This document shows positions 1 to 9,770 of a stretch of 24,000 bases of DNA, piece after piece. Origin of the DNA: Campylobacteraceae bacterium (lineage in GTDB: Bacteria; Campylobacterota; Campylobacteria; Campylobacterales; Sulfurospirillaceae); NCBI GenBank assembly GCA_027050775.1, contig JALUBH010000037.1:70674-94673 (forward strand). Direction: 5' to 3'. The notes beneath the pieces were generated by a model. That model did no database searches and was not told where the DNA came from. It saw nothing but the letters and a program-made list of their open reading frames with translations. Every line of letters begins with the position of its first letter. Within the stretch, counting starts at the first letter, position 1. A program made the translations under genes and the position numbers.

Positions 1-1301
1 GTGGTGCAAATATCAAAAATATTCTAGAGTTTCACAACTCTTTTGATGATGTCAAGATTGTAAAACTAGAGAAAAATTATAGATCAACAAACCAAATATT
101 AAAATCAGCAAATGACCTTATAGACCACAACAGAGAGAGGATTGGAAAGAACCTGGTAAGCGTTTTTGGCGATGGTAAAGAGATAGAGTTCATAGAATCA
201 AGCGATGAAAATTATGAATCGCAAACGATAGCCAGAAAGATAAAAAAACTCATCCAAAGTGGAGTAGATGCAAAAAATATAGCAGTATTATATAGGATAA
301 ATGCACTAAGCCGTTCCTTGGAAGAGGGATTAAATAAAGAGGGAGTCTCTTACAATATGGTAGGAGGTGTCAAGTTTTATGAAAGAGCTGAGATAAAAGA
401 CCTCATCAGCTATCTTCGAATTATAGCCAATGTGCATGATGATTTTTCTATAAAAAGAGTGATAAACAAACCTAAAAGAGGACTGGGAAAAGTTACCATA
501 GAGAAGCTTTTAAAGTTTGCTTATGAAAATAGAATGTCTATGTATGAGTATATAACTACTCATATAGATGAAGTAAAAAAGATAACTAGCAAAAAGAGTT
601 TCGTGGCTTTAGAGAAATTTGTGGATGACTTGCAAAGACTAAAAGAGCTCAGTATCGATAACTCTTATGATTTTATATATGAATTAGAAGAGGCATTTAA
701 GATAAGAGATTACTATTCGGCTATGCCAGATGCGCTAGATCGTGTTTCAAATATAGATGAATTTTATGGACTATATAGAGATTTTATAAAACAAAATCCG
801 GGTGTTAGTGTGGATGATTTTTTAAATGACCTTGCACTTCAAAGTGACCAAGACCAGATAGATAATGAGCACATCTCCATCATGAGTGTGCATGCCAGCA
901 AAGGGCTTGAGTTTGAGTATCTTTTTGTGATGGGTTTGGAAGAGGGATTTTTCCCACTCATAGGTGATGGAAGTGATATAGAAGAGGAGAGAAGGCTGGG
1001 TTATGTTGCTATCACAAGAGCAAAAAGAGAGTTGACACTAAGCTATGCTGGTAGCCGTTTTTATAAAGGTAGAAGAGCTGAGCTAAAAAAGAGTAGATTT
1101 CTAAAAGAGGCTGGAGTTTGCAAGGGGAGTTTGATACTTGAAAAGACTACATCATTTAAAAAAGGTGATTTAGTCAAACATAAGATTTTTGGTATAGGTA
1201 GGGTTTTTGAGATTAGCAAAGTCAAAAGAGAGTTTAAACTTAAAATCAATTTTAGTGGCACAAAAAGAGATATTTTAGCGTCATTTGTAGAAAAGATATG
1301 A
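1..1301 (+). CDS. UvrD/Rep/PcrA-family ATP-dependent DNA helicase, C-terminal part (5' truncated by window edge)
   Basis: The frame is open from base 3 with no stop before 1301. It contains helicase motifs such as YRSTNQILKSANDLI, ISIMSVHASKGLEFEYLFVMGLEEGFFP and EEERRLGYVAITRAK. The supplied ORF at 318 is an internal start only. Confidence 0.95.
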   Translation, partial: GANIKNILEFHNSFDDVKIVKLEKNYRSTNQILKSANDLIDHNRERIGKNLVSVFGDGKEIEFIESSDENYESQTIARKIKKLIQSGVDAKNIAVLYRINALSRSLEEGLNKEGVSYNMVGGVKFYERAEIKDLISYLRIIANVHDDFSIKRVINKPKRGLGKVTIEKLLKFAYENRMSMYEYITTHIDEVKKITSKKSFVALEKFVDDLQRLKELSIDNSYDFIYELEEAFKIRDYYSAMPDALDRVSNIDEFYGLYRDFIKQNPGVSVDDFLNDLALQSDQDQIDNEHISIMSVHASKGLEFEYLFVMGLEEGFFPLIGDGSDIEEERRLGYVAITRAKRELTLSYAGSRFYKGRRAELKKSRFLKEAGVCKGSLILEKTTSFKKGDLVKHKIFGIGRVFEISKVKREFKLKINFSGTKRDILASFVEKI

Positions 1302-2119
1302 ATAGACTGTTTGTTGCATATAAACCAAAAGGTCTCTCTTCAAACTACTTTTTAAGAGGTATAAAAAGAAGATACAATATAAAAAAAGCCGGATTTTCAG
1401 GTACGCTTGATCCTTTTGCAAGTGGAGTTTTGATAATCGCTTTTGGACAGTTTGCAAAGTTGTTTAGATTTTTAGATAAAAGTCCAAAAAGATATAGAGC
1501 AACTCTTTGGATAGGAGCATATAGCCCTACACTAGATACTGAAAAGCTAGAGAGTGTCAAAACTTTGGCACCTTTTTCCAAGGATTCTATCGATATAATC
1601 GCAAAGAGTTTTTTAGGAGAGATTGAGTATCTTCCACCAAAATACAGCGCAAAGAGGGTGGAAGGCAAAAGAGCTTATGATTTGGCAAGAGAGGGAGAGG
1701 AGTTCGAGCTTAAAAAGATAAAGAGTACTATTTTTGATTTTAAAGTTTTGCACTATATGCACCCTTTTTTAACCTTTGAGGTAAGCATAAGTGAGGGCGG
1801 ATACATCAGAAGTATTGGCTCATTGTTTGCAAGAAAACTTGGGTTTGATGGTACACTTAGCTCACTTGAGAGATTGAGTGAGGGTGCTTTTGTATATAAA
1901 GATGAGAAGCCGCTAAATCCACTGAATTTTTTATCTATGCAAAGCAATAGCTACCTCGGTGATTTAAGCGATATCGAATTAGGTAGAAAATTAAAAAAAG
2001 AGAGTTTTGAAAACCAAAAAAGCGGTATCTATAAAATGATAATTGGAGATAATTTGTCCATTATAGAGATAAGTGACGATGAGGTAAAGTATATACTAAA
2101 TAAGGTAAAATTGTGTTAA
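1298..2119 (+). CDS. truB: tRNA pseudouridine(55) synthase TruB
   Basis: N-terminus AYKPKGLSSNYFLR...KKAGFSGTLDPFASGVL has the catalytic GTLDP motif. It overlaps the upstream helicase by 4 bp. Confidence 0.95.
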   Translation: MNRLFVAYKPKGLSSNYFLRGIKRRYNIKKAGFSGTLDPFASGVLIIAFGQFAKLFRFLDKSPKRYRATLWIGAYSPTLDTEKLESVKTLAPFSKDSIDIIAKSFLGEIEYLPPKYSAKRVEGKRAYDLAREGEEFELKKIKSTIFDFKVLHYMHPFLTFEVSISEGGYIRSIGSLFARKLGFDGTLSSLERLSEGAFVYKDEKPLNPLNFLSMQSNSYLGDLSDIELGRKLKKESFENQKSGIYKMIIGDNLSIIEISDDEVKYILNKVKLC

Positions 2120-2343
2120 TACTATCAAGAAAATTAGGAGAGTCAATACTTTTGGGTGATGAAGTCACTATAACAGTGGTAGATGTTTCAAAAGGCGTGA
2201 TAAAACTGGGGATTGATGCTCCCAAAGAGATGATGATTTTAAGAAAAGAGCTCAAAGAGGTCGTAAAAGATGCAAATATAAAAGCGGCGCAAGAGGTGGA
2301 TATAGCGCAACTTAGCGAGTTGAGTTTGAAACTAAAAAAATGA
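2113..2343 (+). CDS. csrA: Carbon storage regulator CsrA, GTG start
   Basis: MLILSRKLGESILLGDEVTITVVDVSKGVIKLGIDAPKEMMILRKEL is the classic CsrA sequence. It overlaps the truB end. Confidence 0.97.
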   Translation: MLILSRKLGESILLGDEVTITVVDVSKGVIKLGIDAPKEMMILRKELKEVVKDANIKAAQEVDIAQLSELSLKLKK

Positions 2344-3110
2344 GACAAAAAGCCTATGCAAAAGTAAATATATTTTTGAAGATAGTGGGGATGCGAGGAA
2401 ATTATCATGAGATAAAATCCAGATTTGTTTTGGTAAAAAATCTCTATGATGAGCTTCGCTTAATACCTAAAGAAAAAGATGATGAGTTTGAATTGTATGG
2501 TGAGTTCGGATGTAGATTGGAGCAAAACACTATATACAAAGCTTTTGTGGCACTATGCGAAGCAGGCTATAAGACAAAAGTAAAAAAAATGTTTGAAAAA
2601 TATGCTCTAGATGTAGAGAAAAATATCCCCTCTTTTGCAGGACTAGGCGGAGGCAGCAGTGATGCGGCAAGTTTTATGCTGATGGTCAATAAAGAGGCAA
2701 ATCTGTGTCTGGACATAGAAAAATTAGCCAAGATAGGATTAAGAGTAGGTGCAGATGTGCCTTTTTTTATATATGGATTTGATAGTGCAAATGTGAGTGG
2801 CATAGGTGAGGTGGTCGAAGAGTTTAAAGAAGAGGCTCTACATGTAGAGGTCTTTACTCCCAAGATAAGATGTAATACCGCAGAGATATATAGGACATTT
2901 AGGGATGATTATGCAGTGGATATCGGTTTAGCCGATAAAATGTCAAAATGCAAGAGCCAAGAGTTGTTGAAAAATTATAAAGATATAGAGTTAAACGATC
3001 TTTTAAAACCAGCGATGAAAACTGATAAAGATATACAAAATTATAGAAAAAAAGATTGGTTTTTTAGCGGAAGCGGAAGTAGTTTTTTTAGAGTAGAGGA
3101 GATGGGTTGA
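2340..3110 (+). CDS. ispE: 4-diphosphocytidyl-2-C-methyl-D-erythritol kinase
   Basis: [13 protein letters not shown] at the N-terminus and the GHMP kinase motif [17 protein letters not shown]. Confidence 0.95.
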   Translation: MRQKAYAKVNIFLKIVGMRGNYHEIKSRFVLVKNLYDELRLIPKEKDDEFELYGEFGCRLEQNTIYKAFVALCEAGYKTKVKKMFEKYALDVEKNIPSFAGLGGGSSDAASFMLMVNKEANLCLDIEKLAKIGLRVGADVPFFIYGFDSANVSGIGEVVEEFKEEALHVEVFTPKIRCNTAEIYRTFRDDYAVDIGLADKMSKCKSQELLKNYKDIELNDLLKPAMKTDKDIQNYRKKDWFFSGSGSSFFRVEEMG

Positions 3111-3111
3111 T

Positions 3112-3573
3112 ATGGGTGAAACAGTAGCTAGAAATAAAAAGGCATCTCATGATTATGAGATACTTGAAAAATTTGAAGCCGGGATTGAATTGATGGGCAG
3201 TGAGGTCAAGGCTATACGAGCAAGCAGAGTGAATCTCAAGGACTCTTTTGTCAAAATCATAAAAGGTGAGGCATTTTTGTTTGGTATGCATATTTCACAT
3301 CTAAACACGGCAAATCTTCACTACGCCCCAAATGAAAAACGAGACAGAAGACTACTGTTGCACAAAAGAGAGATAGAAAAGCTGGATAAAAAAGTTGCAA
3401 GAGATGGATTGACTATCGTTGCTTTAAGTCTCTATTTTAATTCAAAAAATATAGTAAAACTACAAATTGCCCTTGCAAAAGGAAAAGCCCTGCACGACAA
3501 AAGAGAGGCACTTAAGCAAAAAGATGCCCAAAGAGAGGCACAAAGAGCTATGAAGGATTTTAGAAATGGCTAG
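3112..3573 (+). CDS. smpB: SsrA-binding protein SmpB
   Basis: [44 protein letters not shown] and [21 protein letters not shown] are hallmark SmpB sequence. Confidence 0.97.
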   Translation: MGETVARNKKASHDYEILEKFEAGIELMGSEVKAIRASRVNLKDSFVKIIKGEAFLFGMHISHLNTANLHYAPNEKRDRRLLLHKREIEKLDKKVARDGLTIVALSLYFNSKNIVKLQIALAKGKALHDKREALKQKDAQREAQRAMKDFRNG

Positions 3574-3874
3574 AGTTGATGAACAGATAGAAGATGAATT
3601 TTCCGAAGAGTTGGAGTTAGAAGAGCCGAAACTATACAAAGTGATGCTTTTAAATGATGATTATACGAGTATGGATTTTGTTGTTATGGTTTTGATAGAG
3701 ATTTTTCACCAAGATGCCCAAAGGGCAAATGCAACCATGTTTAAGATACACGAAGAGGGTTCAGGGTTGTGTGGCGTTTACACTTATGAGATAGCTGAGA
3801 CAAAGATAGCTCAAGTCCATACTCTCGCCAAAGAGCACCAATTTCCACTCCGTGCTACCATGGAAGAGGAGTAG
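3566..3874 (+). CDS. clpS: ATP-dependent Clp protease adaptor ClpS
   Basis: [26 protein letters not shown] is the ClpS N-end-rule adaptor core. It lies directly upstream of clpA. Confidence 0.95.
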   Translation: MARVDEQIEDEFSEELELEEPKLYKVMLLNDDYTSMDFVVMVLIEIFHQDAQRANATMFKIHEEGSGLCGVYTYEIAETKIAQVHTLAKEHQFPLRATMEEE

Positions 3875-3877
3875 ATT

Positions 3878-6064
3878 ATGGTAAGCCAAGAGTTAAATAT
3901 CCTTTTTAGTGATGCTATAAATTTTGTAAAAAAACATAAGTATGAGTATATAACGATAGAGCATATATTTTTTGCGATGCTCAAAAACGACTCTATAAGA
4001 GAAGTTTTAAAAAGTTGTGGAGCAGATACAGATGAAATCTCAAATGAGTTAAGAAAATATTTTACCATACATTCTCCTGTTGTGCTAGATAAGGAGAATT
4101 ACGAGCCTTTTGAGAGCGTATCTTTGGGGAGAGTGGTTGAAAATATGATGCTTCACTCAAAATCAGCAGGAAAGATAGAAGCAAATATCTTTGATTTGCT
4201 TGTCTCTATCTTTCAAGAAGAACATTCATATAGTGCATGGTTATTGCAAAAACAGGGTGTTTCAAGGTTAGAAATTCTAGAAGCTGTTACAAATGCAACA
4301 ACACCTGAGCAAAAAGAGAAGGAAAATGGCGATAGCGCTTTGGTTAAGTACTGCCTAAATTTCATAGAACTAGCAAAAGAGCATAAGCTTGATCCCTTGA
4401 TAGGTAGAGTTGATGAGTGCAAAAGAGTGATTCAAGTGCTTTGCAGAAGAAAGAAAAACAATCCACTTTTAGTAGGTGAGCCAGGAGTCGGTAAAACAGC
4501 GGTAGTCGAAGGTATAGCTCAGATGATAGTAGCGCAGCAGATACCCCAAATCCTAAAAGGTGCCTCTTTATACGCCTTAGATATGGGCTCACTGCTCTCA
4601 GGCACAAAATATAGAGGTGATTTTGAAAAGAGGTTAAAAGAGATACTAAAAGAGCTTGAAAATGAGCAAAATGCTATACTTTTCATAGATGAAATTCACA
4701 CTATAGTAGGAGCTGGAGCTACAAGCGGAGGATCTATGGATCTCTCAAATCTGCTCAAGCCATCACTTGCTAGCGGTAAACTAAAGTGTATAGGAGCTAC
4801 AACATATGGAGAGTTTAGAAACTTTTTTGATAAAGATAGAGCACTTAGCAGAAGATTTGCCAAGATAGACATAGATGAGCCAAGTCTTGAAGACAGTTAT
4901 AAGATTCTTCTAGGACTCAAAGGAAGCTATGAAGAGCATCATGGTGTGAAGTATCCAAACAGTGTGCTTAAAACTTCAGTCGAGTTAGCCAAAAAATACA
5001 TAAATGACAGATTCCTACCTGATTCTGCTATCGATTTGATAGATGAAGTGGGAGCTTCGTTTCACCTGCTTAAGCGCAAAAGAAAGAGCGTAAGCATAGT
5101 AGATATAGAAAATATTTTGGAAAAAATCGCAAATATCCCAAATAGACATATAAACGCAAACGAGAGTGAAGTTATAGCCACACTTGAAGGTAATCTAAAA
5201 TCAAAAGTTTTTGGACAAGATGAAGCCATACATGCGCTAGTTCGCGCCATAAAACGATCTCGTGCAGGACTTGGAAGTGTTGAGGCGCCTATCGGAGCGT
5301 TTTTGTTTGCAGGACCTACGGGAGTTGGTAAAACTGAGGTGGCAAAGCGCTTGGCACTTGAGCTTGGTGTAAATTTTGAAAGATATGACATGAGCGAGTA
5401 TATGGAAAAACATACCGTTTCTCGTCTTATCGGTGCACCTCCGGGATATGTCGGCTTTGAAGAGGGCGGACAGTTGACTGAGAGTATAAAAAAACACCCT
5501 TATACCGTTTTGCTTTTAGATGAGATAGAAAAAGCTCATGTTGATCTTTTAAATGTTCTTTTACAGATATTTGATGGAGCTATTTTGACTGATAATAGTG
5601 GAAATAAGACTGATTTTAGAAATGTAATTATCATAATGACTTCAAATCTAGGCTCCAAAGAGGGCGTACATGTAGGTTTTCAAAAAGATGATTCATTTAA
5701 GGCAAGTAGCGCTATCAAGGATTTTTTCGCACCGGAGTTTAGAAATAGGCTTGATGACATCATATATTTTAAGCCTTTAAATAAAGATATTATGATAGGA
5801 ATTGTAAAAAAACTTATGGATGAGTTGCTTGAACAGCTTCGAGATAAAAAGATAGATATAGTCCTCTCAAAAGAGGCTGAAGTTTACCTTGCAAACAAGG
5901 GCTTTAGCAGTGATATGGGTGCAAGAGTCATGAAAAGAGTCATACAAGAGGAGATAAAGACTCCGCTTAGCGATGAGATACTCTTTGGAAAATTAAAACA
6001 TGGCGGCAAGGTTAAAATCGGGCTTAAAAAGGGTGAGTTAAATTTTGTATATAAGAGCTTATAA
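3878..6064 (+). CDS. clpA: ATP-dependent Clp protease ATP-binding subunit ClpA
   Basis: Two AAA+ modules: GEPGVGKTAVVEG / LFIDEIHTIVGAG and FAGPTGVGKTEVAKRLA / LLLDEIEKAH. A Clp-N domain is present and clpS is adjacent. Confidence 0.96.
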   Translation: MVSQELNILFSDAINFVKKHKYEYITIEHIFFAMLKNDSIREVLKSCGADTDEISNELRKYFTIHSPVVLDKENYEPFESVSLGRVVENMMLHSKSAGKIEANIFDLLVSIFQEEHSYSAWLLQKQGVSRLEILEAVTNATTPEQKEKENGDSALVKYCLNFIELAKEHKLDPLIGRVDECKRVIQVLCRRKKNNPLLVGEPGVGKTAVVEGIAQMIVAQQIPQILKGASLYALDMGSLLSGTKYRGDFEKRLKEILKELENEQNAILFIDEIHTIVGAGATSGGSMDLSNLLKPSLASGKLKCIGATTYGEFRNFFDKDRALSRRFAKIDIDEPSLEDSYKILLGLKGSYEEHHGVKYPNSVLKTSVELAKKYINDRFLPDSAIDLIDEVGASFHLLKRKRKSVSIVDIENILEKIANIPNRHINANESEVIATLEGNLKSKVFGQDEAIHALVRAIKRSRAGLGSVEAPIGAFLFAGPTGVGKTEVAKRLALELGVNFERYDMSEYMEKHTVSRLIGAPPGYVGFEEGGQLTESIKKHPYTVLLLDEIEKAHVDLLNVLLQIFDGAILTDNSGNKTDFRNVIIIMTSNLGSKEGVHVGFQKDDSFKASSAIKDFFAPEFRNRLDDIIYFKPLNKDIMIGIVKKLMDELLEQLRDKKIDIVLSKEAEVYLANKGFSSDMGARVMKRVIQEEIKTPLSDEILFGKLKHGGKVKIGLKKGELNFVYKSL

Positions 6065-6751
6065 TTGCAAGAAACTATATATATTCCAAGGTTGAGCACT
6101 TTTTCTTATATCTTTCCTGACCCTAGCAAAGCTGATCCAAAAGGTCTTTTGGCTTGGGGAGGTGATTTGAAAAAAGAGCGAATTTTAAGTGCCTACATGC
6201 AAGGTATCTTTCCTTGGTACAATGCAGATGATCCGCTTCTTTGGTGGTCACCAAATCCTAGACTCATACTTAAAACAAAAGATGTGAAAGTCTCTAAAAG
6301 TCTCAAGAAAAGTCTCAAGAAATTTGAGATTAGATTTGATACAAATTTTAAAAAAGTTATGAGTCTGTGTAGAGATGTCAGGATTGAAAATGGTGAAGAC
6401 AGTTGGATAAGTGACGAATTGATAGAGGTTTTTTCCTCTCTACATGTAGAGCATTTTGCTCATAGTGTCGAAAGCTACTACAAAGGAGAACTTGTCGGAG
6501 GTTTGTATGGCTTGTATCTTGGTGGTATGTTTTGTGGGGAGTCTATGTTTAGTACAAAAAGTGATGCTTCAAAGTCTGCTTTGGTAGCACTTTGCTCAAA
6601 AGTAGATGAATTAGGCGGAGATTTTATAGATTGTCAAATTCCAACAGAGCACTTAAAGAGTATGGGTGCGATCGAGATAAAAAGAGATGAGTTTTTAAGT
6701 ATGGTTGAAAACTCTTTGGAGACTAAGAGCTATTTTGGGAACTGGTCGTGA
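6065..6751 (+). CDS. aat: Leucyl/phenylalanyl-tRNA-protein transferase, TTG start
   Basis: KGLLAWGGDL...AYMQGIFPWYNADDPLLWWSPNPR and GGLYGLYLGGMFCGESMFS are the Aat core. It is adjacent to clpS/clpA, its N-degron pathway partners. Confidence 0.95.
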   Translation: MQETIYIPRLSTFSYIFPDPSKADPKGLLAWGGDLKKERILSAYMQGIFPWYNADDPLLWWSPNPRLILKTKDVKVSKSLKKSLKKFEIRFDTNFKKVMSLCRDVRIENGEDSWISDELIEVFSSLHVEHFAHSVESYYKGELVGGLYGLYLGGMFCGESMFSTKSDASKSALVALCSKVDELGGDFIDCQIPTEHLKSMGAIEIKRDEFLSMVENSLETKSYFGNWS

Positions 6752-7644
6752 TAGAACAGATTGCACCTGTATTTTTATTTGTGCTTATCGGTTATCTTTT
6801 TAAGCTCCTTAAAGAGGATATATCGCGAGAACTCACTGAGTTTGTAATCTACTTCTCTCTTCCTGCCCTAGCACTTTCAAAGATCAGGATTTTAGAGTTT
6901 AATGATGTGATTTTCAAGGTCATTGCAGTGAGCTATATAGCCATGTTTAGCGCATTTTTCATCTCTTTAGTGATAGGCAAAATTTTAAAACTTTCAAGAA
7001 GAGATTTGGCTACTTTTATGATAGTTTCAATCTTTGGAAACACCTCATTTGTAGGCTTTTCATATGTAGAATCACTCTACTCTATGAAAGAAATAGTTTA
7101 TGCTCTTGTATATGATCAGCTGGGTTCATTTGTGGCACTTTTAACTTTTGGAATCGCCATAATCTCATGGGGTGGAGGGAAAAAAGAGAATTTTAAGAAA
7201 GATGTTTTAAAGCAGATATTTTTCTCGCCACCACTTATCGCCATAGTTGTAGCTGTATATTTTCATGGTTCGCATTTTCCACCATACATAGAGGGTTTGC
7301 TAGATAAGCTTCAAGCTACTTTGATACCGCTTGTCACTATCATAGTGGGTATGAAATTGGAGTTAAGAGCCTTGGTAAAACAGTTTAGAGAAAATGTTAT
7401 AGCTTTGTCTATAAAGATGTTTTTAGTCCCGCTCATCTTGCTTGGCATCATGCATATATTTTTCGATATGTCGCAAATCTGGGCAAAAGTCACTCTTTTA
7501 GAGGTTGCGATGCCCCCTATGACGATGGCAACAGTCTATGCTATAAAAGGTGGCTTAAATAAAACCTTAGCGATAAATACACTAGCACTCGGCATCTTGG
7601 TATCGTTTTTGAGTATAGTTACATGGAACAGTGTGCTGGGATAG
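6748..7644 (+). CDS. AEC (auxin efflux carrier)-family transporter
   Basis: 298-aa multi-spanning protein with VFLFVLIGYLFKL, VIYFSLPALALSKI, ISIFGNTSFVGFSYV and AMPPMTMATVYA, typical of the AEC/YfdV family. It overlaps aat by 4 bp. Confidence 0.88.
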   Translation: MIEQIAPVFLFVLIGYLFKLLKEDISRELTEFVIYFSLPALALSKIRILEFNDVIFKVIAVSYIAMFSAFFISLVIGKILKLSRRDLATFMIVSIFGNTSFVGFSYVESLYSMKEIVYALVYDQLGSFVALLTFGIAIISWGGGKKENFKKDVLKQIFFSPPLIAIVVAVYFHGSHFPPYIEGLLDKLQATLIPLVTIIVGMKLELRALVKQFRENVIALSIKMFLVPLILLGIMHIFFDMSQIWAKVTLLEVAMPPMTMATVYAIKGGLNKTLAINTLALGILVSFLSIVTWNSVLG

Positions 7645-7702
7645 CTCTTTTTAAAGTACACTCTTTTTGCTATTAATTGGTGTTGCTTTTGTCTAGGTAT
7701 TT

Positions 7703-8464
7703 ATGAAGGATAGTGAAATATTAACCAAAGGAAAGGTCGTTGGTGTTATGATTGGTGCTATAAAAACAGATCTATATGAAATAAATATATTAAAATCTAT
7801 AAAACCTCACTATAAACTTCATACACATAGCAATATATGTATTTGCGCTTTAAAAAAAGGCACTATAGAGTTTTTCAATGATGGAAAGTCAGTATCTTTG
7901 TCGAAAAATCAACTTATAGTGTTTAATGCCAATTCTCCACACAAGATAAAAAGTTATAAAAATGTTGAGAATTATTATATACTTCACTTATATATCGAAA
8001 ACATTTTACTGCAAGAGTATATAGAAAATACAGATGAATATGAAAAATTTATAACTTTTTGTGATAAATCCTTGGAGACAAAAGATATAAAATATCTAGA
8101 AAATTTTATTCAAAAATATGAGATATCCAAAGACTCTTTTGAAGTAAAAAAGAGCATCAAAAATGCTAAACAAATTTTAGATAAAAACATTGATACAAAT
8201 ATTTCTTTAAGCGAGATAGCAAAATCAGTAAACCTAAATGAAAGTTATCTATCAAGAAGTTTTAAAAAATACTATGGTCTCTCTCCTCGTAATTATGTCT
8301 TAAATCAAAGAGTCAGCAAAGCAAAAGAGCTTCTAGATTCCGGGCTCAACATCTCCGAAGTAGCGTTAGAACTTGGATTTTATGACCAAGCCCACTTTTA
8401 TAAAATATTTAAATCTATATACTCCATAACTCCGCTAGAGTATAGAAAAATCAATCAAAAATAG
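7703..8464 (+). CDS. AraC-family transcriptional regulator with N-terminal cupin-like sensing domain; exact start uncertain
   Basis: The C-terminus has the two-HTH AraC signature: ISLSEIAKSVNLNESYLSRSFKKYYGLSPRNYVLNQRVSKAKELL...ISEVALELGFYDQAHFYKIFKSIYSITPLEYR. Confidence 0.93.
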   Translation: MKDSEILTKGKVVGVMIGAIKTDLYEINILKSIKPHYKLHTHSNICICALKKGTIEFFNDGKSVSLSKNQLIVFNANSPHKIKSYKNVENYYILHLYIENILLQEYIENTDEYEKFITFCDKSLETKDIKYLENFIQKYEISKDSFEVKKSIKNAKQILDKNIDTNISLSEIAKSVNLNESYLSRSFKKYYGLSPRNYVLNQRVSKAKELLDSGLNISEVALELGFYDQAHFYKIFKSIYSITPLEYRKINQK

Positions 8465-8503
8465 ACATAAAAGTCAAAAACATACAATATTTACATCGAG
8501 AAA

Positions 8504-8549
8504 TCCTGTATTATTTTAAAAAACAGAGTCAATCCGATTTGATACAGGA
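8504..8549 (+). repeat. 8-bp inverted repeat TCCTGTAT ... ATACAGGA upstream of the aminotransferase
   Basis: Arms at 8504-8511 and 8542-8549 are exact reverse complements. The right arm covers the putative Shine-Dalgarno sequence (ACAGGAG) of the ORF at 8556. Confidence 0.6.
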
Positions 8550-8555
8550 GAAGAT

Positions 8556-9770
8556 ATGACAACACTAAACGACAAATTTACAGCTCTCGGGGCAGAAAAT
8601 GCACCCGGACAAGAGCTTCGTCAGGATTTGGGCGAGGTAGACAAGATGATGCGTGGAGAAAAACTAGAAGGAAATTTTGTCGATTTTTCACATGGTGATG
8701 TAGATGCTTTCCCTCCACCAAGCGAAGCAGTACAAGAGTGGATGCGAGGCTATGAGATGGGAGGAAAACAGGCATATACGCAGTACCGTGGGTCTGCTTC
8801 AATCCTAAAAAAGACAGCAGAACGACTCAGCAAATTTACAGGGTGTAAAATTCAAGCCAATCAAGAGCTGATAATCACTCCCGGTTCTCAAGGTGCGCTG
8901 TTTTTGGCACTTGGAGCAACAGTTGAATCTGGAGTAAAAGTGGCCATAGTTGAACCGGACTATTTTGCAAATCGCAAACTTGTCAGCTACCTCGGTGGTA
9001 CGCTTGTGCCAATTCCACTCAACTATCAAGATAACTCTTTAAAAAGGGGTATTGATCTTGATGTGCTTGAAGAAGTATTTAAAAGCGGTACAAAAGTTTT
9101 TGTCTTTTCTACTCCAAACAATCCAACAGGTTTGGTGTATTCAAGAGAGGCTATCAATAAGATTGCAACTCTTGCTTTAACTCATGATGTTACACTAATA
9201 GTAGATCAACTCTATTCAAGATTGTTGTATGGTGGTGAAACATATACTCATTTATGTGCTTGCAAGAATGTACCGAAAAATCTCATCACTATCATGGGAC
9301 CGTCCAAGACAGAATCTCTGAGCGGTTTTCGCCTCGGAGTTGCTTTTGGAACATCTTGGCTTATAGAGAGGATGGAAAGATTGCAAGCTATAGTCTCTTT
9401 GCGTGCAGCGGGATACAATCAAGCTGTACTTAATAGCTGGTTTCAAGAACCTTCAGGCTGGATGAAAAAACGCATCGGTGAACATGAGGCGATTCGGGAT
9501 ACTTTGCTCAAGATATTTAATTCATCCGGTTTGCCGACAGCTACTCCGCAGGCAGGTAGTTACCTTTTTCCAAAGCTTCCACCTCTTGAAGTTGATATTG
9601 AACTATTCGTGAAATTACTTAGATATCAAGCCGGTGTGGTTGTTACCTTGGGATCTGAGTTTGGACCTACGACAAATCAAAGCGTTCGTCTTAATTTTTC
9701 GCAAGATCATAAATCAGCGATTGATGCCGCAAAAAGGATAGTAGAGATGGTCCAAAGGTATAAAAGATGA
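8556..9770 (+). CDS. Class I/II fold PLP-dependent aminotransferase
   Basis: Fold type I features: LIITPGSQGALFLAL, VFSTPNNPTGLVYS, IVDQLYSRLLY, and MGPSKTESLSGFRLGVAFG with the PLP lysine. The C-terminus includes SVRLNFS. Confidence 0.92.
   Translation: MTTLNDKFTALGAENAPGQELRQDLGEVDKMMRGEKLEGNFVDFSHGDVDAFPPPSEAVQEWMRGYEMGGKQAYTQYRGSASILKKTAERLSKFTGCKIQANQELIITPGSQGALFLALGATVESGVKVAIVEPDYFANRKLVSYLGGTLVPIPLNYQDNSLKRGIDLDVLEEVFKSGTKVFVFSTPNNPTGLVYSREAINKIATLALTHDVTLIVDQLYSRLLYGGETYTHLCACKNVPKNLITIMGPSKTESLSGFRLGVAFGTSWLIERMERLQAIVSLRAAGYNQAVLNSWFQEPSGWMKKRIGEHEAIRDTLLKIFNSSGLPTATPQAGSYLFPKLPPLEVDIELFVKLLRYQAGVVVTLGSEFGPTTNQSVRLNFSQDHKSAIDAAKRIVEMVQRYKR

Noticed and set aside
1345-1668. Many minus-strand ORFs over plus-strand genes (e.g. 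1345-1668, 2567-2863, 4213-4422, 5062-5391, 22139-22381)
   Set aside because: They lie antisense inside strongly recognisable genes, have low-complexity Ser/Leu/Phe-rich translations, and match no recognisable family. They are best explained as shadow ORFs.
5350-5366. Sigma54-like TTGGCAC-N-CTTGG string
   Set aside because: It is inside the clpA coding region, with imperfect GC box/spacing and no gene start downstream.
6299-6322. 12-bp tandem repeat AGTCTCAAGAAA x2 inside aat
   Set aside because: It encodes SLKKSLKK, which fits the normal basic stretch of Aat proteins. In-frame and probably ordinary codon repetition.
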